From assembly GCA_973895155.1 (NCBI GenBank), contig OZ316897.1, positions 9,199,832-9,263,831 of the forward strand: a stretch of DNA of 64,000 nt, in the 5' to 3' direction. Below, in pieces: positions 36,005 to 50,295 of this stretch. A program made the translations under genes and the position numbers. Numbering within the stretch: position 1 is the stretch's first letter; each line of letters opens with the position of its first letter. The notes beneath the pieces are model-generated. The model made no database searches, had not been told where the DNA came from, and worked only from the letters and a program-made list of their open reading frames with translations. The DNA comes from Marsupella aquatica (lineage: Eukaryota; Plantae; Marchantiophyta).

Positions 36005-38459
36005 TAATAAGGGTGTGACTACAAATGTGAAAAAAATATAAATATTAGTACAAGTAGAGAGTTTAGTCTATTGTCATTCATTCTAGTTTTATTTTGATTG
36101 TATTTATAACCTGCTTTTCACTTCATCATACTTTAATAAAATCTGACTTTCAATTGACATTCATTTTTAATTTATATGTCATTGCAAATATATCTTACTA
36201 GTAGAAAAATTTGTACTTTTCACGAGCTATACACATAATTATGTGTTCATCACACACTATTTGGGTGTCACCAAAAATAATCTTATTTACTCTAATTTAG
36301 AATAACATGTATTAGTCTCATTTTCATATAGTTTCACATACATTAATTATGGTGACATCTTTCAAAAATCTTTGTTCCTAAATACTGTGTGTGAGACTAA
36401 TTACTGTAATCAATGTAGATCTAAAAATTACAGCATATTTTTTGGAGAAGGCTCTAATAGCTTTATGTTTCTCTAGGCTGTTTCACAGTTTTTATAGTAG
36501 AATTTTAGAGGCTTATGTCACTTGACTAAGTTGCTGTAGGTGTAAATAAGTCTCTAGGCTCCTTCACAGCTATTTATAGTAACAATAAAGTACCTGAATT
36601 GACTTGCACGGACTTGGGTGCACTCTGGGTGCACTCCACGAATCAGAAATTGAGCATTAAATTTGGATGTGAGCTAGTTCCCTGGGTTATCTATCTGCAG
36701 AAATAGATGTGGTTAGACACACATTAGAATTACAGGTTTTTTTTTCCTTTCTCTATTATTCGTTTTTTGCATGATGTAATAATAAAATTGGAGAGTGTCT
36801 TCATGTCACACTTAGCATTTATCAAAGAATAACTTTGGCTGACTCATGCCGTTTGGGTTTCGCGTCATGGCGTCAAACTCTTGGCGGAACTCACACACAC
36901 TCCAATGTACTCAAAATGCAGGCCTATGAAAACCCTTCTTGCAAGCCTCAAAAAGGTTTACCGGGAGTGAGCAACATGACAATATTCAAATAAAAGTTAC
37001 TAAACAGAAAGCATTCACATAATTCTTTTGGCGTTGCAAATACCATAATCTCGCAAATATGGCAGGGCAATAATAAGCAACCCTTCACGACAAGGAGAAC
37101 AACCAACCCCATTAGACGTCTGTGATCAACGGGACAGACTTTGTGGTACTACAAGCTTTTAGTCACAATTTAAAACCATTTGTGGTAGACAACCTCTTAG
37201 TCACAACTTCTTGGTTAAAATGCCCAGTCGCCGTGCACTCAATTTGGTATTATGAGCAAAGTCTAGCTTCAGCTCTACAGGAATCAAATTTGTAATAAAA
37301 ATTTCATGGGAACTGCTCAAGGAAAGCTTTTCTGGCATGGGGTCCATCAAGCATATTTCTGTCATCACTCAAACCGACACTCGAAGTATTTGGAATGCGT
37401 CACACGAAAACCTGTACTCTGGATTTTATATACAAAAGAAAAGGCCAGGAGATTGGCCACCTACTAGAAAAATGATAGAACGAAGCGTGTTCCTCATCCT
37501 GAACTTCTATAAGCAAAACGACTCGAGGCAATTGAGCTCTAATGCCTCCCCTATGGAACACAATCTAAGCTTTCTCTCACCAGTAGCGTAGCTGACGGTG
37601 AACTCCCTAATATTACACACAGGAAATCCATCTGTGTTCTTCAAAACCTTACGAAAGGTGTGTGATTCTAAAGAAGCCTCGAAATTAAGCTCTGAGGTCG
37701 CACATTCATCGTAGTGAAGTAGAGAGTGAAGTCATGAAATGGAGCCATACTATTTAAACCCTCAGCGAGATTTCCCATCGTCTACATGTCATCACCAAGA
37801 TCCAAATATCCTCAATCCCAGGTATTCCTCAGTGAGTCACGTGCCAGGACTGGCCTTGTTTCGTTGGGCTTAATGACTGATTGCCTCGTCTGTCTCTCCC
37901 ATTCAATTCTCCCCGTTTCTCTTAGCACCCTGCCGAACCCATGCGTCAGTTTCACCGGCCTAGCTCTTAGGTTTCTCTCCAACTACCGGTGGTAGCGTTG
38001 CTGACTGTCACGTGTCCAATCCATTTTGGCGTCATGATTATGTGTTGCGGTCAAGTTCTCCTGGTAGATACTGTACACACCATTGTAGGCGTTCCAACGA
38101 CTGCGGGTACTTCACCGAAAGGTCCCACAATTCAGTGCTCCAAAATTGCAAGACTTTCAAGCGCTTATGGAACTCGAGAGAGAATAGAAAAATGCTCAAG
38201 AACTCAACGCAACATGCTTGTACTTCCCTCGAAAGTCTGTCCCACATTCAGCCAGCACTCCTCGAGAACTGCGAGGAAGTGGCAGGCCACGCCAAAGGGA
38301 AAATAGACATGAATCGGAGCCATGAAGACATTTAGACATGTGGTCACTGTAAAGCCTCACTGTGTTGCTGGGTTCTATGTTCCGGAGATGCAAATGTAAT
38401 TCAAAGTACTTTCCTCAACGAGATTGCATCCTGATTCAACCCTAGTCAGAGCAACTGAT

Positions 38460-40091
38460 TCAGGGTACCATGAACGGATTCAGGCCTGGCTGGAACGCAA
38501 AATCAGCCCACCGCTTGTTCGTCAAGGGCCCAGCTGTCTTAAAATCCGGAGCGATGCAGCTCCATTTCCCGGACTTGACGTTGTACACCACAATTGGATA
38601 GCAGATTAGAAGATCCAGAGTGCAGAAATATATGTTCTCGCCATCGCTCGAAATGTGTTCACTATTGGCCAACACCGTTGTGGGAGGACCTCTCGACTTG
38701 CAGGTGATGATCCTTGTTTCTGGATCTAGCTCGTAAATGACTAGGGTGTCCGATCCTACCCGATCATCATAAGGCTGCTTCGGATCCAGCGCCAGCGCCA
38801 ATATAATTTTGGACCCACAAACAAATAGCCCAAATCGAGTGAGGTCGAGGAGCACGCTAGTGCCACTGCACGTGTTCATCAGCTGCCCAAACGGATGGCC
38901 GATTTCCGTCCAGGTCCCTTCCTGCAGATTGTAGACCCACACTTGCAGAGGATGGTCGATGGGGTTCCGGTCGTCACCCGAGAGACAGTAAATATTGCCA
39001 TCAAACATCACACTGCACGATCTCCAGGCGAAGCTCGTGGCGCTGGGGACCTCGGACTGGGATGTGGTCCATGTGCCTTGCACGGAGTCGAACACTTGCG
39101 CGGAGACGCGCCTCCGCGAGAGGCGGTTGGAATCGTGTCCTGTGCAGTCATCGTGCGGCCCTTCATAGGGATCTTCGGTGACGAGAAACACCTTGTACCC
39201 TTCGGAGCCATCGAACAGCACATTGAGAAGAGAAGGGACCCGTGTGCTGGGATGAGGCGGGAGCTTCCTCCACCTTCTTGTGAGAGCGTTGGTGACGAAG
39301 ACGTGGTACTGGCTGTTGGGAGACTGGGACACTCCAGAGATGAGGGGTCCGCAAGCGTTGATCAGCCAAGGCTCGACGTTGGTGCCCACCAGCTGCTGAA
39401 GATTCGTGAGTAGGCCCTGCCATGACTTATGCACCGGATCATACCCTACGAGCCCCTCGTTGCCAAGAATGACTGGGCAGTAGACTGACCATTTGCGGGA
39501 CACAGAGCTCACTATGCTCCGGAATAACTTTGAGGACAAATCGAGGTCACGATCCTTCTTGCTGGGCTGCCGCTTCTGATCTATCCTGCTAGACGTTCGG
39601 CCGGATGCTTCCAGCGCTTGGTGAGGAAATTTTCTGTACCATTCCTTCGATAGGGAACGGACTTTGAGGAGGTAAGGGAATGGAATCATAGCGAGAATCC
39701 TCTCCACCACTTCTTCTGGCAACCTACTCGTAACAGAAGGAACAGGAGCAGTGCTGGCAGAACGCTTGCTTTCCACATTTCTGCCAATGCATTCGAGATT
39801 CACGGTGTGTCTCTGTTTGGATGGTTCCTTCTCTGGCTCTTCACAAACGTTCTCTTCTGCAGGATGCTCTCCATAAGACAACGTAGCAGAGAAACAATTG
39901 GCATTGGTGTCAAGTACATGCTTCGCCTCGACTATTCCGCGGCTTCGGTCGAAATTAAAGCTCGTCCTCAGTCCCCAGCATCCGTTTCCTCGATCTTGGG
40001 ATTGATTGAAATCGTATTTGTAAACAAGTTCTGAGGGGCATTCTCCTTCGGCGATCCCAGGGAAACAGCAAGTGCTTATAATGTTTCTCAT
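38460..40091 (-). CDS. F-box protein with kelch-like/F-box-associated beta-propeller C-terminus (543 aa)
   Basis: F-box LPEEVVERILAMIPFPYLLKVRSLSKEW; V.NALTRRWRKLPP; AQVFDSVQGTW; VYNLQEGTWT; C-terminal FAFQPGLNPF. An acceptor cag lies 1 nt upstream of the ATG, so the start may extend into upstream exons. Confidence 0.88.
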   Translation of the reverse strand: MRNIISTCCFPGIAEGECPSELVYKYDFNQSQDRGNGCWGLRTSFNFDRSRGIVEAKHVLDTNANCFSATLSYGEHPAEENVCEEPEKEPSKQRHTVNLECIGRNVESKRSASTAPVPSVTSRLPEEVVERILAMIPFPYLLKVRSLSKEWYRKFPHQALEASGRTSSRIDQKRQPSKKDRDLDLSSKLFRSIVSSVSRKWSVYCPVILGNEGLVGYDPVHKSWQGLLTNLQQLVGTNVEPWLINACGPLISGVSQSPNSQYHVFVTNALTRRWRKLPPHPSTRVPSLLNVLFDGSEGYKVFLVTEDPYEGPHDDCTGHDSNRLSRRRVSAQVFDSVQGTWTTSQSEVPSATSFAWRSCSVMFDGNIYCLSGDDRNPIDHPLQVWVYNLQEGTWTEIGHPFGQLMNTCSGTSVLLDLTRFGLFVCGSKIILALALDPKQPYDDRVGSDTLVIYELDPETRIITCKSRGPPTTVLANSEHISSDGENIYFCTLDLLICYPIVVYNVKSGKWSCIAPDFKTAGPLTNKRWADFAFQPGLNPFMVP

Positions 40092-43000
40092 CCTGCTTGA
40101 TACCTACATCATGATAAAACATGCAACAAATTTGAATAATCACAAACGTAAAAGAATTGTGTTACGGCGAGCTACCTGCCAGAATGATTGAAATATGTGT
40201 TTCGGGTGGAGTTCCATCTCAACGGATGTACAACCTGCTTGCAGATCCCTTTCAACCTCTCACTCGGTCTCATCACACGACACGATTTGAAACCATTGTC
40301 TCTGTGCAGAAACTAACCTCCTAACCTCCTATCCACCGTCCGTAAATATCTTTGTCCAAATGGGGGTCAAAAAGTCCATAAGGAAGCCCACATATGGGAA
40401 CCCAGACGGAATGAGAAAGACCACTGTCATTGCATTCCGTGCCGGCAATGACGCACATAATCTTGAGAGCAATGAAACGGAATCAGCTGCTGCTCACGGG
40501 ATCACTGGCGAATCGACCCCTACTTTCTTTTTGTTTGTTTCTGGAATTTTACGAGTGGTGTGTCTAACTTCTTACTTCTGCACTACTTCAGTCTGGACGC
40601 ACACTGCCACCCCTACCTGCCACGATCAAAACGAGACTGACAATGTTGGAGCGTCTTCTTACAAACGACTTGACAAAACTTTCAAGTCACAGCTTAAGTG
40701 AACTCCACCCTCGTTCACTTCCGATGAGAGAGGATCCTAGATATGAGCGAAGTTATCATCAACGAAGCAAAGTCCAGTCATGTTTCTCGAACGAGAACAG
40801 TAACAAAATTTTGTGTGTTCCAGAATTTAAACTGAAAAGTGAACGACACAGAAGGCAAAAAATTAAGCCGGACCGATTCGGATATATTGGACAGACAATC
40901 CCAACTTGGAAGTGAATAGTGAACTGAATGGAGTGGATTTTCAAGTCATTGGAGACCTGCCTGGTCGTGAGACAAAATCCGATTACGATTCAGCACGGTC
41001 AGAAGAAAAACATGACTGTCAATACCGAGTACCAAAGGTGGCGGTCGAGCGTGCTGTGCATGTGTGTTTAATCGAGCGACGCAGGATTGAACAAAGCTCT
41101 CTGGAACTATTGAGCTGTACAGGGGGAGAGAGAGAGAGGGAGGACAGACTGACCTTGCAAGGACGCAAAGAACGAGGCTCCTCCAGAGTCAAAAGTCCAC
41201 GGCAGATACGTGGAGGGAGCGACCTATACAACCGAGTCACAGACAACGAGAGCCAGATCAAATACTGTCTAAAATGACGTTTGTTGTTTTTGATGGCCGA
41301 TCAAAGCTCCCACTCTTCCAAAGTTGGTAGCCTTCAATCTGCATCCCTCATACCACTACCGTACCTCCCACAATCGCACAATCCCACAACGAACCTACGT
41401 GCTTCACTCGTCTCACCCCATCTTGCCCAGCTCCGTCGCCCACTTTCCCAAAAACAACAGTCCCCCCTTGCCCACCACCCTCGCATAAAGAACTTCTCTG
41501 CTGCAATTCCTCCTTGCCTTGCCTCAAAAGGTAGCGAAACAGGATTAAAAGGTAAAAAGTCTCGAATCACCCACACGACACAGTTTCACCCGGCCGAAAA
41601 AGCCCCTTCCCCTCTCCTTCTTCTGCACTCCCGCTCAGCAATTTCTGCTCACTTCCAGAGCTCTGGCGGTGCATGGAGCGGCTCTCCTCCCTCCAATGCT
41701 CCCCAGAGCCCTGCTGCTGCAAAACACACACTGCAGCGAAACTTGCCAGTGCATGCACCGTCTACTCCTGGCCCACACACACGCGTCCTTCGAGCCACTT
41801 CTCGGTCTGACTGACCACTTCCAGCGACTACTTCAGCAATTAGCAGCAAATAAGCTAGAACAACAACAACAACAAAGGCAGGCTGACTGTAGCTGCTGCT
41901 ACGTCACTGAGTTTTAAGGTTGTTCTCGTCTTTCCCAACCGTCCTCCTCCTTCAGTCCTCCTTCAGTCCTCCGCCCGCCTACCGTCGCCAAACTGTTAAA
42001 TGGGCACTCATCATCCCTCACATTCTCTACGATTGGCCGAGCGCTGTAACAGATCTTGTACTCCCAAAAGCGATACCGTCTTTGTATAATTATCATTCGA
42101 TCGGGCTCATTCTATCCCATTGGAGATCTGCACGGTTGCTCGAGCAACATCCCACAAGGTTCATGATTGGCGAGCTGCCCGGATCCTGTACTCCGGTCAG
42201 CCATGTACAAACTATCTACTCCGGGATCTGCATTCCATGCCTCGCCATCCTTGCGGTACCTTTACTTACTCCGTAGGCAATCTCGGCACTTTTTGCCCTC
42301 GAAAGTGTTCATCCCTGGCCAAATCACATTAATTTGGATTAAAATAGAGACACTGCAAACAGTGCGCAGCTTAGCTCAGCTCACTGAGATGGAGCCAGAC
42401 AAAGCAATCTCCACCGCCTTTCGCCCCACCGAATCAATCAACTAATTCCACCTTGTCGAGCGCCAGCAAGTCACCTCCATCCAAGTGAACTCGGAAAATC
42501 CAAACGATCGTTATTACCCTGACAGATACGACCTGGCTTGAAGAAAATCTTGATGATGTTTGATGATGAGCAAGGGTTGTCTCGTTCGCTGGTGGTCCAG
42601 CTATAAGCATTCCAGTGTAGTAAAGTTTAATAGCGAGCGACTCCATGGATTGTGAACGTTGACCACATTCGCTCGCAATTTTTCCAAGGCTCATTTAGTC
42701 TGCACGTAACGGTTCGCCTTGACCCAAATCTGTTTCCGCTCTGAGTCTCAATCATGGGAAGAAGAAGATTGGAAGCTCACTGCTTGGAAATTAGCAATTG
42801 GTCGAGTCGAGCTCTGAATAGAGTCACTGGCAGCGTATTTTTCAAGGTTTTTGTCAGGGTTGCAAATTCACTTGTGCGAAGGACAAGATTCTTTTATCTA
42901 GTTTTGTTTAGATTAGTTCCCGACCTTAGGATCTCCCAGATTTAATAAGGATGACAGTCAGTTTTCTGACTAGTGAGATCCCTGTTTATAGGTGGAAACT

Positions 43001-45479
43001 GGTTAATGTAAGATAATAATATAAGCTAAGTTTTGGTCAAAAGTGACTGAGATGGAATCTGGCTAATGTTTGCCACTGACAAAAACTCAAACTCCATGCG
43101 AGCATCAACTTGAAAGCCAGCGTCCGCTTTTGCTCATGACTATGGCCATCAGAAGAGTCACAACTTGAGCTCACCGCCATCGGAATCGTCGTCATTTGAG
43201 CTCACCATCGTCAAAGTGCTTGATTCGGTAGTGCTATAGGTGAGTTCATTGAAGTTGTCCAGGCTATAGTTTTTTTTATGGCAAAAACTTGCCAGAATTC
43301 ACGTCACTAAAACTTATTAGCCACTTTTGGTCACAACTCTCCCTTGTCTTCAATTAACCAGCTTCCCACCTCGCCACAGATTGCGTTAACTAGAATCCTA
43401 CTGCTATCGTTAAATATCGTGCAATATAATGGTCAAAAACGAATAGAGTGAAATTGAAAAATAAATAATATTCTTAACAGTTATGTTCAATTGAACTGAT
43501 GTTTATGACTTCTAGAAAAAAATTTAGTTTTGCACTGCCAAGGCAACTAGAGAAGGAGAAGGAGGCACATATACTAGAGAAAGTGGCACATATGAAAACA
43601 CAAATCCAACAATTTAGGATTAACACAATGAAAATTAATCTACCAAAATTTACCCTTACACAATCTACCATGAAAAATTCAGTATCCCTTAGATGAAAGT
43701 GTAGCTTATTTACACCTTTAATAAATCAGCAAAACTATAAACTCTTTGAATTGATAAATATCAAGTTATTAGAACTATCCTCAAGTGTTTGAAAATGGAA
43801 TCCATGGGGTTTCCAACACCAATCTTTTGGTACATAGGGCCTCAAATTCGCATTTTCCGTTCACACAAGGTGACATTCGCCACCCGACGAAAAAGGGAAA
43901 ACATTAAAAATAAAATTGCTCTGAGTCGTTCTGAGCGCCGTCAAGGCAGTCAATGCCGTCTGACTACCGTTGGGAGGATCGAGATCGTACGTCACTCGTT
44001 TTACCGTACCGTGTAAAAGTACTTCGCAGTAAGTAAACGACATGCAGTCATGCAAGTTTGAGAAGTTTCGCAAAAAGTTTTTAATTTCCCATTTCAGAGT
44101 TCAGTCTAGTACAGTACTTCGCAATGAGTAAAGCGACATGCAGTTTTAGAAATTCAGCAAAGTTCATTTGCATTTCATTTCATTTCATTTCAGATAGATT
44201 TCAGATTCTGAATCTGGAAAAAATCTTTCTGCCGTGGAGCCTGGTGGGCTTGTTCAAGAAATGATAAACCCTCTCCAAAATCTGTGCTCCTACGTGTCTA
44301 GAGTAGTGTCTATATATTTTAGTAGTAATTATATTCACGATTTGAATAAACAATAACGAGACTAGAGACCATAAGATTTGTGGTCACAATAAATTGAAAA
44401 ACCATTTTGACATTTCTATTTGACAATATGATATACATACTTCCAAAAAATGTGTGATGTACAGTACTTATGAGAAATTAATCCAAGAGCGCTTTCTGGG
44501 TAAGTCCACTTTCTGCCCCCAGCAAATACTCAAAAAAGTTCAGTCAATATGAAATTGCGCTCCAATGCATAAATTCAACCCTGCACACGTGTCAATTTGG
44601 TAATTTAAAACTCTGACCAGGGAAAGGATCAATAGGGATTTTTTTAATGGTAAACTTTTTCCCATTATACTGGAGTTGATGAAGACTTTGGGGTGTCCTC
44701 GCCCGGGGTACTGCTGACAACAATTTTTTCAAAGCTGTTTAAACACAAAACTTGAAACTCTGGCCTCAAAAACAGCAATTTTGTAAGGGAATGTGAGTGA
44801 AGCCACAGGGTGGTGCTACAATGTTGGCTTGCAACAACCTCAACCCTATGTGGGCCTTGGATACAACTCACTTCTCTGATAAGTCCTTTGTTGATAGGGG
44901 TCCCCTTGCAGAGTCAATGCTGGAATGTTATCTTGGAATACTTACTTGAATAATTGACAAGACTACACTTGGTCTCAGGAGATCTCTTTAATTTCTATCA
45001 ATTCCACAATCTTGGTGGCCTAACAGAGGACCTGACTACTTGAGTGGCTCCTAGAGTGCACTTAGACAGCCCACCCACCTTTCAATTGGGCCTGTTTTGC
45101 TTCAGGCGTCTGCCCTATAATGGGAATCATTGATGGCGCTTTGAAAGATGGGGATTTGGTTAGAGTTTTTACATATCTCATTACGAACATATATCGTCAT
45201 GAGTCTCTATTTTTTTTTCCAAATAACCATAAAAATCAAAGGGTCCAAGGTCTGTCCGACCATCTAACCTCAGCAAAGAGGCGGAAAAGGGTGACAGCAT
45301 GGGCTTCAAACAATTGCAATCTCTTGCACTTCTCCTGTATGGCAAAGTCTAATCCAACATGTGACCTAGTGACTAACTTGCATATACACCAGTCAGACTC
45401 AACTCTCTAGAGACCAGAAACCTAATGACAGTGCACAGAAAATTTGGAGAATCTCTTTGAATATAAGGGAGATATCAAT

Positions 45480-47070
45480 TTTTAAATATTTTTTATTTAT
45501 ATTTTTTATTTAAAAATAATAAAAACTTAAAGGGGAAATCAACAACTTTATTTAAACCCTTGACCCAAGAGACACAATGAACCTGCCTGGCAGGAGGAGG
45601 CAGGCCAACACAAGGAAAAAAAAAAGGGGGCTGAATGAGGGAGCACACCCATAGAAAAGAGGATGGGCATCCACCAACCAGATAGCCTATTGGAAGGAGG
45701 ACAATCAGAAGAGGAAGGAGGAGCCCCAATATCCAAAGTAAAAGCAAACCTACCCCTGAGAACTACCAAACGGCAACTAGAGCCGGACTCTGAGGATAGT
45801 ATTGTGGGTAGTTACCACTATGCACAAACAATTTGATCAATGTGGCTAGACGGGAATCATTCTCCTCATCCTGCACCAAGTTTCTGCATACACAAATTTT
45901 TCTCCATGGTGGTGACCCAGATAAATAACCACTGGGCATGGTCATTCACAATTGACGTATGGGTTTGATTGTTATGATGGGAGAGTACACTTTTCTGGCA
46001 CAATCTGAATTCGAATAGGCGATTGGGGTTTATGAGTTGAGAATGTAATGTTGGCATGTTGCTTCTCTGGTGATGGACGGGTTCTTTTTCTAGTGGTGGC
46101 CAGTGGTGGGGAGATATCAAAATTGCAAGGCACAACAACCTATACTTATACAAAACCCTGAAGGAGGAATCCACGCATGGATTCAAAGAGTTACTCACTT
46201 CCACATATTTTCCCTCCATTTTCACAGCCCTTCCTGCCATGGTCACCAAATCTTCTGCATTCAATCCAAAATAGGCTTTGAGTCAGTCAGCAGAGCCATT
46301 AAAATTCGAATAAAACAAGTTGCACTTGGAGAATGTGAAAGAAATACTATACAGACCTGCAAGTTGAATTGAAGTAGAATGCGCTAGTTTTGTCCACGAG
46401 TTACAGAGCAAGGAAGATGTACTTCATCAATTGAGGTAATGTACAAAAAGAAAGATGCTGGATTGTAATGTGGAGAGAAAACAAACTTCAATGCTACAAA
46501 TGAGGCATTCAAGCACTTATGGGACAACAGAAATGCAAATGGTGCACTTAAGGGTTGGATAAGGTAACATGGGGATGATTGTATTGAGCTCATGACAATT
46601 TGCTAACACTCTGCTGAATGGCAACCTTGATGAACTCCAACTGCTGAATCACAGGTAAACACTAAATCTGTTGATGTTGCCCTTTGAAAGAAGCACCCCT
46701 GATCCACGTTAAACCTTGGATCTGATTACACCTTCCATGCACAATCAAAGCATGTCCACAACAAAAACCCTGCAACTTGCAAGCACTTACAAAAATTTCC
46801 AAAAACTATAGAAAAGTGGCAGCAAAATGCCAGAAACCTCGACCTGCAACTTGAACACGTGAATCGAGACAGGCTGCCCCGTGAACACAAAGTAAAACCC
46901 AAATGGAGGTGGGGACAGAGATTCAGAGCAAGTAAATGTGAAAATCTTGATCTATCCAAATCAAAAAACTTTGACAGCCCATAATACCATTGAATACCCA
47001 TAGGACCATCAAATCGTGACAGCTTAGTAAATTAAATGATTATTTTGCGTTTAAAGACCGCAACCAAGAT
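45480..47070 (-). mobile_element. Highly degenerate L1-type LINE 3' portion (RT to zinc-binding C-terminus, 3'UTR, A-rich tail)
   Basis: Minus strand GVHQGCH resembles the L1 RT motif GVRQGCP; also WKFL..CLQVAGF and W...MWK / LFIW...EKN remnants. AATAAA is followed by an A-rich tail at ~45480-45550. Confidence 0.5.
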
Positions 47071-48149
47071 TACTACTATGGTAGAGTGCTATCGCCGTTC
47101 ATCACAAGATACGCCAAATATTATATATTTCTCATTTTAAGAAGTAAAGCAGGGATTCATAAGTATTTTGGTAATGGGGCCCAAAATTGTGGTAATTATT
47201 TGTTTATTGCTCAAACTGAGTTGACACCATGGTACTATAATTTGTCATCAAAGTCTACATCTTCATGACCTAATTAATAATTATTTTATAGAGCCAACTT
47301 AGTGCATGACGTGCTCAGTGGAGTGAAGTCGTAGACCATGATTAGTTGGGTAACAGTTTATATATAGATTATGCCTATGAAGAGATGTACATCGGAATCT
47401 GGGTATACCCCCTCGCCCATGCACAGGCACGCGTATTTGAGCTAGTTCATAATAGACTGTTAGCCCCTTTCATTTTATATTCGCATGTGCATAGATAGGT
47501 ACAGCTATTAGGGCTAATTCATATTATATTAGATAGATACTGTACATTGGTAGTCCCCTATCGTTTTTATATTCCCCACAGGGGACTGGTATTCAGGCTA
47601 CTCTACACCATTCTTTAGTCCCCTCTCATGTTTAAATTCGTTTCTAGTATATTTCACATCAAATGCTGTAGCATCAGGTGACAAGTGCCATGTGCCCATA
47701 CAATCCACTGATTTTCCACACCATGACAAACCAGATTTGTTTGTTTTTTAATCTCAGTGAGTGCTGTTCCTTCTCGGGAAGCACTTATATTCCCTGATAG
47801 AACAAAATAATTTGGTATTCTCACACGTGCCCACAAGTGTCGTTCTGTCTTGTTTGAAGTGCCCACAAGTGTACTTTTGTCTTGTTTGAAGCTCATATCA
47901 ATTAGCATATAGGATGAGACTAAGCATAGCATTGGACTCAGGAAGGAAACCAAAGAGAGACTGTATGAGATGATTGTATGATAATCTCTTTAAAAATGGG
48001 GGTTCATACAACCATCAATAGTTGTTCTCTTCTCAGGTGTTGATCACTCCTATTCAGCCATGACTGTGCTCCTTGTTGATACTCTGCAGGTACTCATGAA
48101 TAAGCAGCTCAATGGAGATCTGAGCAGAAACACCTCTCTGCTCTGTAAT

Positions 48150-49176
48150 TCGGTCAATCCTTGCTCAAGCAAAGACGGCGTGATGAGGATGAGGGTTGGA
48201 AGCAGGTTTGGGAATACCTTCACGATCTCAGAAACTATTTTACGAGGAAGCGAGAAATTGAATGCCCTTGGTATGTTAAACCTAGAAGTATCCACTGGTT
48301 TTGTCTATTCATCGACTGGGTACCTTCCAATGTTACTGGGTTCAAGGATTCCTCCGTGTGATTCCGAGCACATTTTATGAATTGTGTGACAAGGTTCATG
48401 CCGAAATGATTACAGATCCGCCCTTTGGCATTTGGTACATTGCCATACCCAAAACTCACAGTTGGAAGGCAGGGTGCAGTTACAGTAAGGAGATTGGCAA
48501 CTGGAGATCATTTTTGGGGAATCGGAGAGTTGTTTGGAGGAAAACGGCTGGTAAGGTGGTCACTTGGAAATTTATTTCAAGCAGTCAACAAATGAGGGAA
48601 ATAGCTGATCAGGTGCCAGCTAGAGCCCAGTTGGATGAAGTCAAATTTCCCTAATTTTTGTGGTGCCTTTGATGTTACGCACATCCCCATTGAATTACCT
48701 GCAGGAGAACTCTATGCAAATTATTTAATTTCAGAAGAATGACCTCTGTTCTATGCAAGCTGCTGTGGATACAAGGTTCAGGCCAAGATTTGTGGTTGAA
48801 TCGTGTTTCCAGTTTTTTTAGAGATGTGCAAGAAAACCGAATTGAATGGATTGGAATGCAAGATGGCAAATCTACTTTGAGAGAATACATCCTGGGTGAT
48901 GCTGGGGTATTATCTTATCCCGTGGTTGATGCTACCATTCACGACAGGATTGTCAAAGGAACACCACCGATCGATTCACAAGCATTCCCAGGCAAGAATG
49001 GCAGTCGAGAGGGCTTTGGGCAAGTGCTTAGCAGAATATTGTGGAAGCCCAAGAAGGACAGGATATGCCTGTTGATTTACTGTTGCTGCATTCTTCGTAA
49101 TCTTCTGATTGAGCGAGGGGAGCCCCTTCAATATAATCCATGGACGGCGGACCTGAGTCAGGAGACACTTTGCTGA
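48150..49176 (+). pseudogene. Degenerate PIF/Harbinger transposase (HARBI1/ALP1-like DDE nuclease)
   Basis: Across frameshifts: WYVKPRS..WF, FLRV.PSTFYELCD, RRLATGD, FPNFCGAFDVTHIP, MQAAVD, REYILGDAG, E.FG, IYCCCILRNLLIER. Confidence 0.8.
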
Positions 49177-50295
49177 GTGAGGTGTTTTAGATAGTATAAG
49201 AAGTATTAAGTAGAAGCAGAAGGAATTCTGGCCTCTGACACCACTCAGTACATTTGTTTCCCGATTGTTAGTAGAAATGTCTTAAAAAAGTACAATTAGA
49301 TTCTTCTGGTTGGACTCTCATGTGCACCAAGGAGGCTCCAGAGAGCCCTACGATGAAGGTGATCCTGGACATGTTGCGGTAAAAGGTTCCCGAAAGTTTT
49401 TGCTGCATTTATTGGCTCGAAGCAATCCGTCTTGGAAGCATCTACTTGCACGGAGCTTGCACTTGGCAAGGTGTGGGGTAGAGCTCTTACTTTTGCTTTT
49501 AAACTCAGTGCTTTATTTGAGAGGAGTACTCATCAGTTCGACAGGAGTTGATAGTGAATTTCTAAACGTCATCTGCCGGCAACTGTGAACCTCGACGGGT
49601 GCTTGCCTTCGTCCAATTTTGCCACTGGATGACACGGCTGTTAGCTGAGGATGGCTGACGGGACCTCATGAATTGAAATGGTTCACGAAATCTGCCATGC
49701 TACGCAACGAATGATATGAGAGAGGGTTCAGACTTACCTGAACCATCATTGTGTTTATCGAACTGAATTATTAATGTATGTTATTACGATTTTCCTTCAT
49801 TCCAAAGATGTAATGGAGGGTGAGATTTGTAAGTTTTTTGAGCTCATTCTTACCCGGAAAACATTCTCTCTGAAAAAGAGCATTAGGATCAATTTGTACA
49901 ACTAGATTTGTAACCTAGTTTCCTAAATTGTGGAGTATACAAAAGTCGAAATAGTTGAATCTCAACTGAGTTCCTCGTAATCTGTAAAATTGACCTACGA
50001 GGACAACAATTCACTCTTCGTCAAGTGGGTTATCGCAGCTTGGACACAAACTATTGACAGAGAATTCGGGAGGAAGAGGGAAGGTAACCCAGCTTGCAGT
50101 CCAGTAGTGTATGGCTGGAGGTTTGCATGATTGAACCAGGTGGTGATACCGATTTTGAAAAGCAAAGCATCCCACTACCGAAGGTGCGGTCTCGCAATTA
50201 ATCTGTCTCTACTTTCATGGATGTCGCACATATTGTGTCTCAAAGACAGATCAGGAATATTGAACAACAGTTCGAGACAAAATTACAAGGAGTGA

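Noticed and set aside
41281-41917. 177-aa Pro/Ser-rich ORF and poly-Q ORF
   Set aside because: Low-complexity sequence, more likely the antisense of the F-box gene's 5' leader or promoter region.
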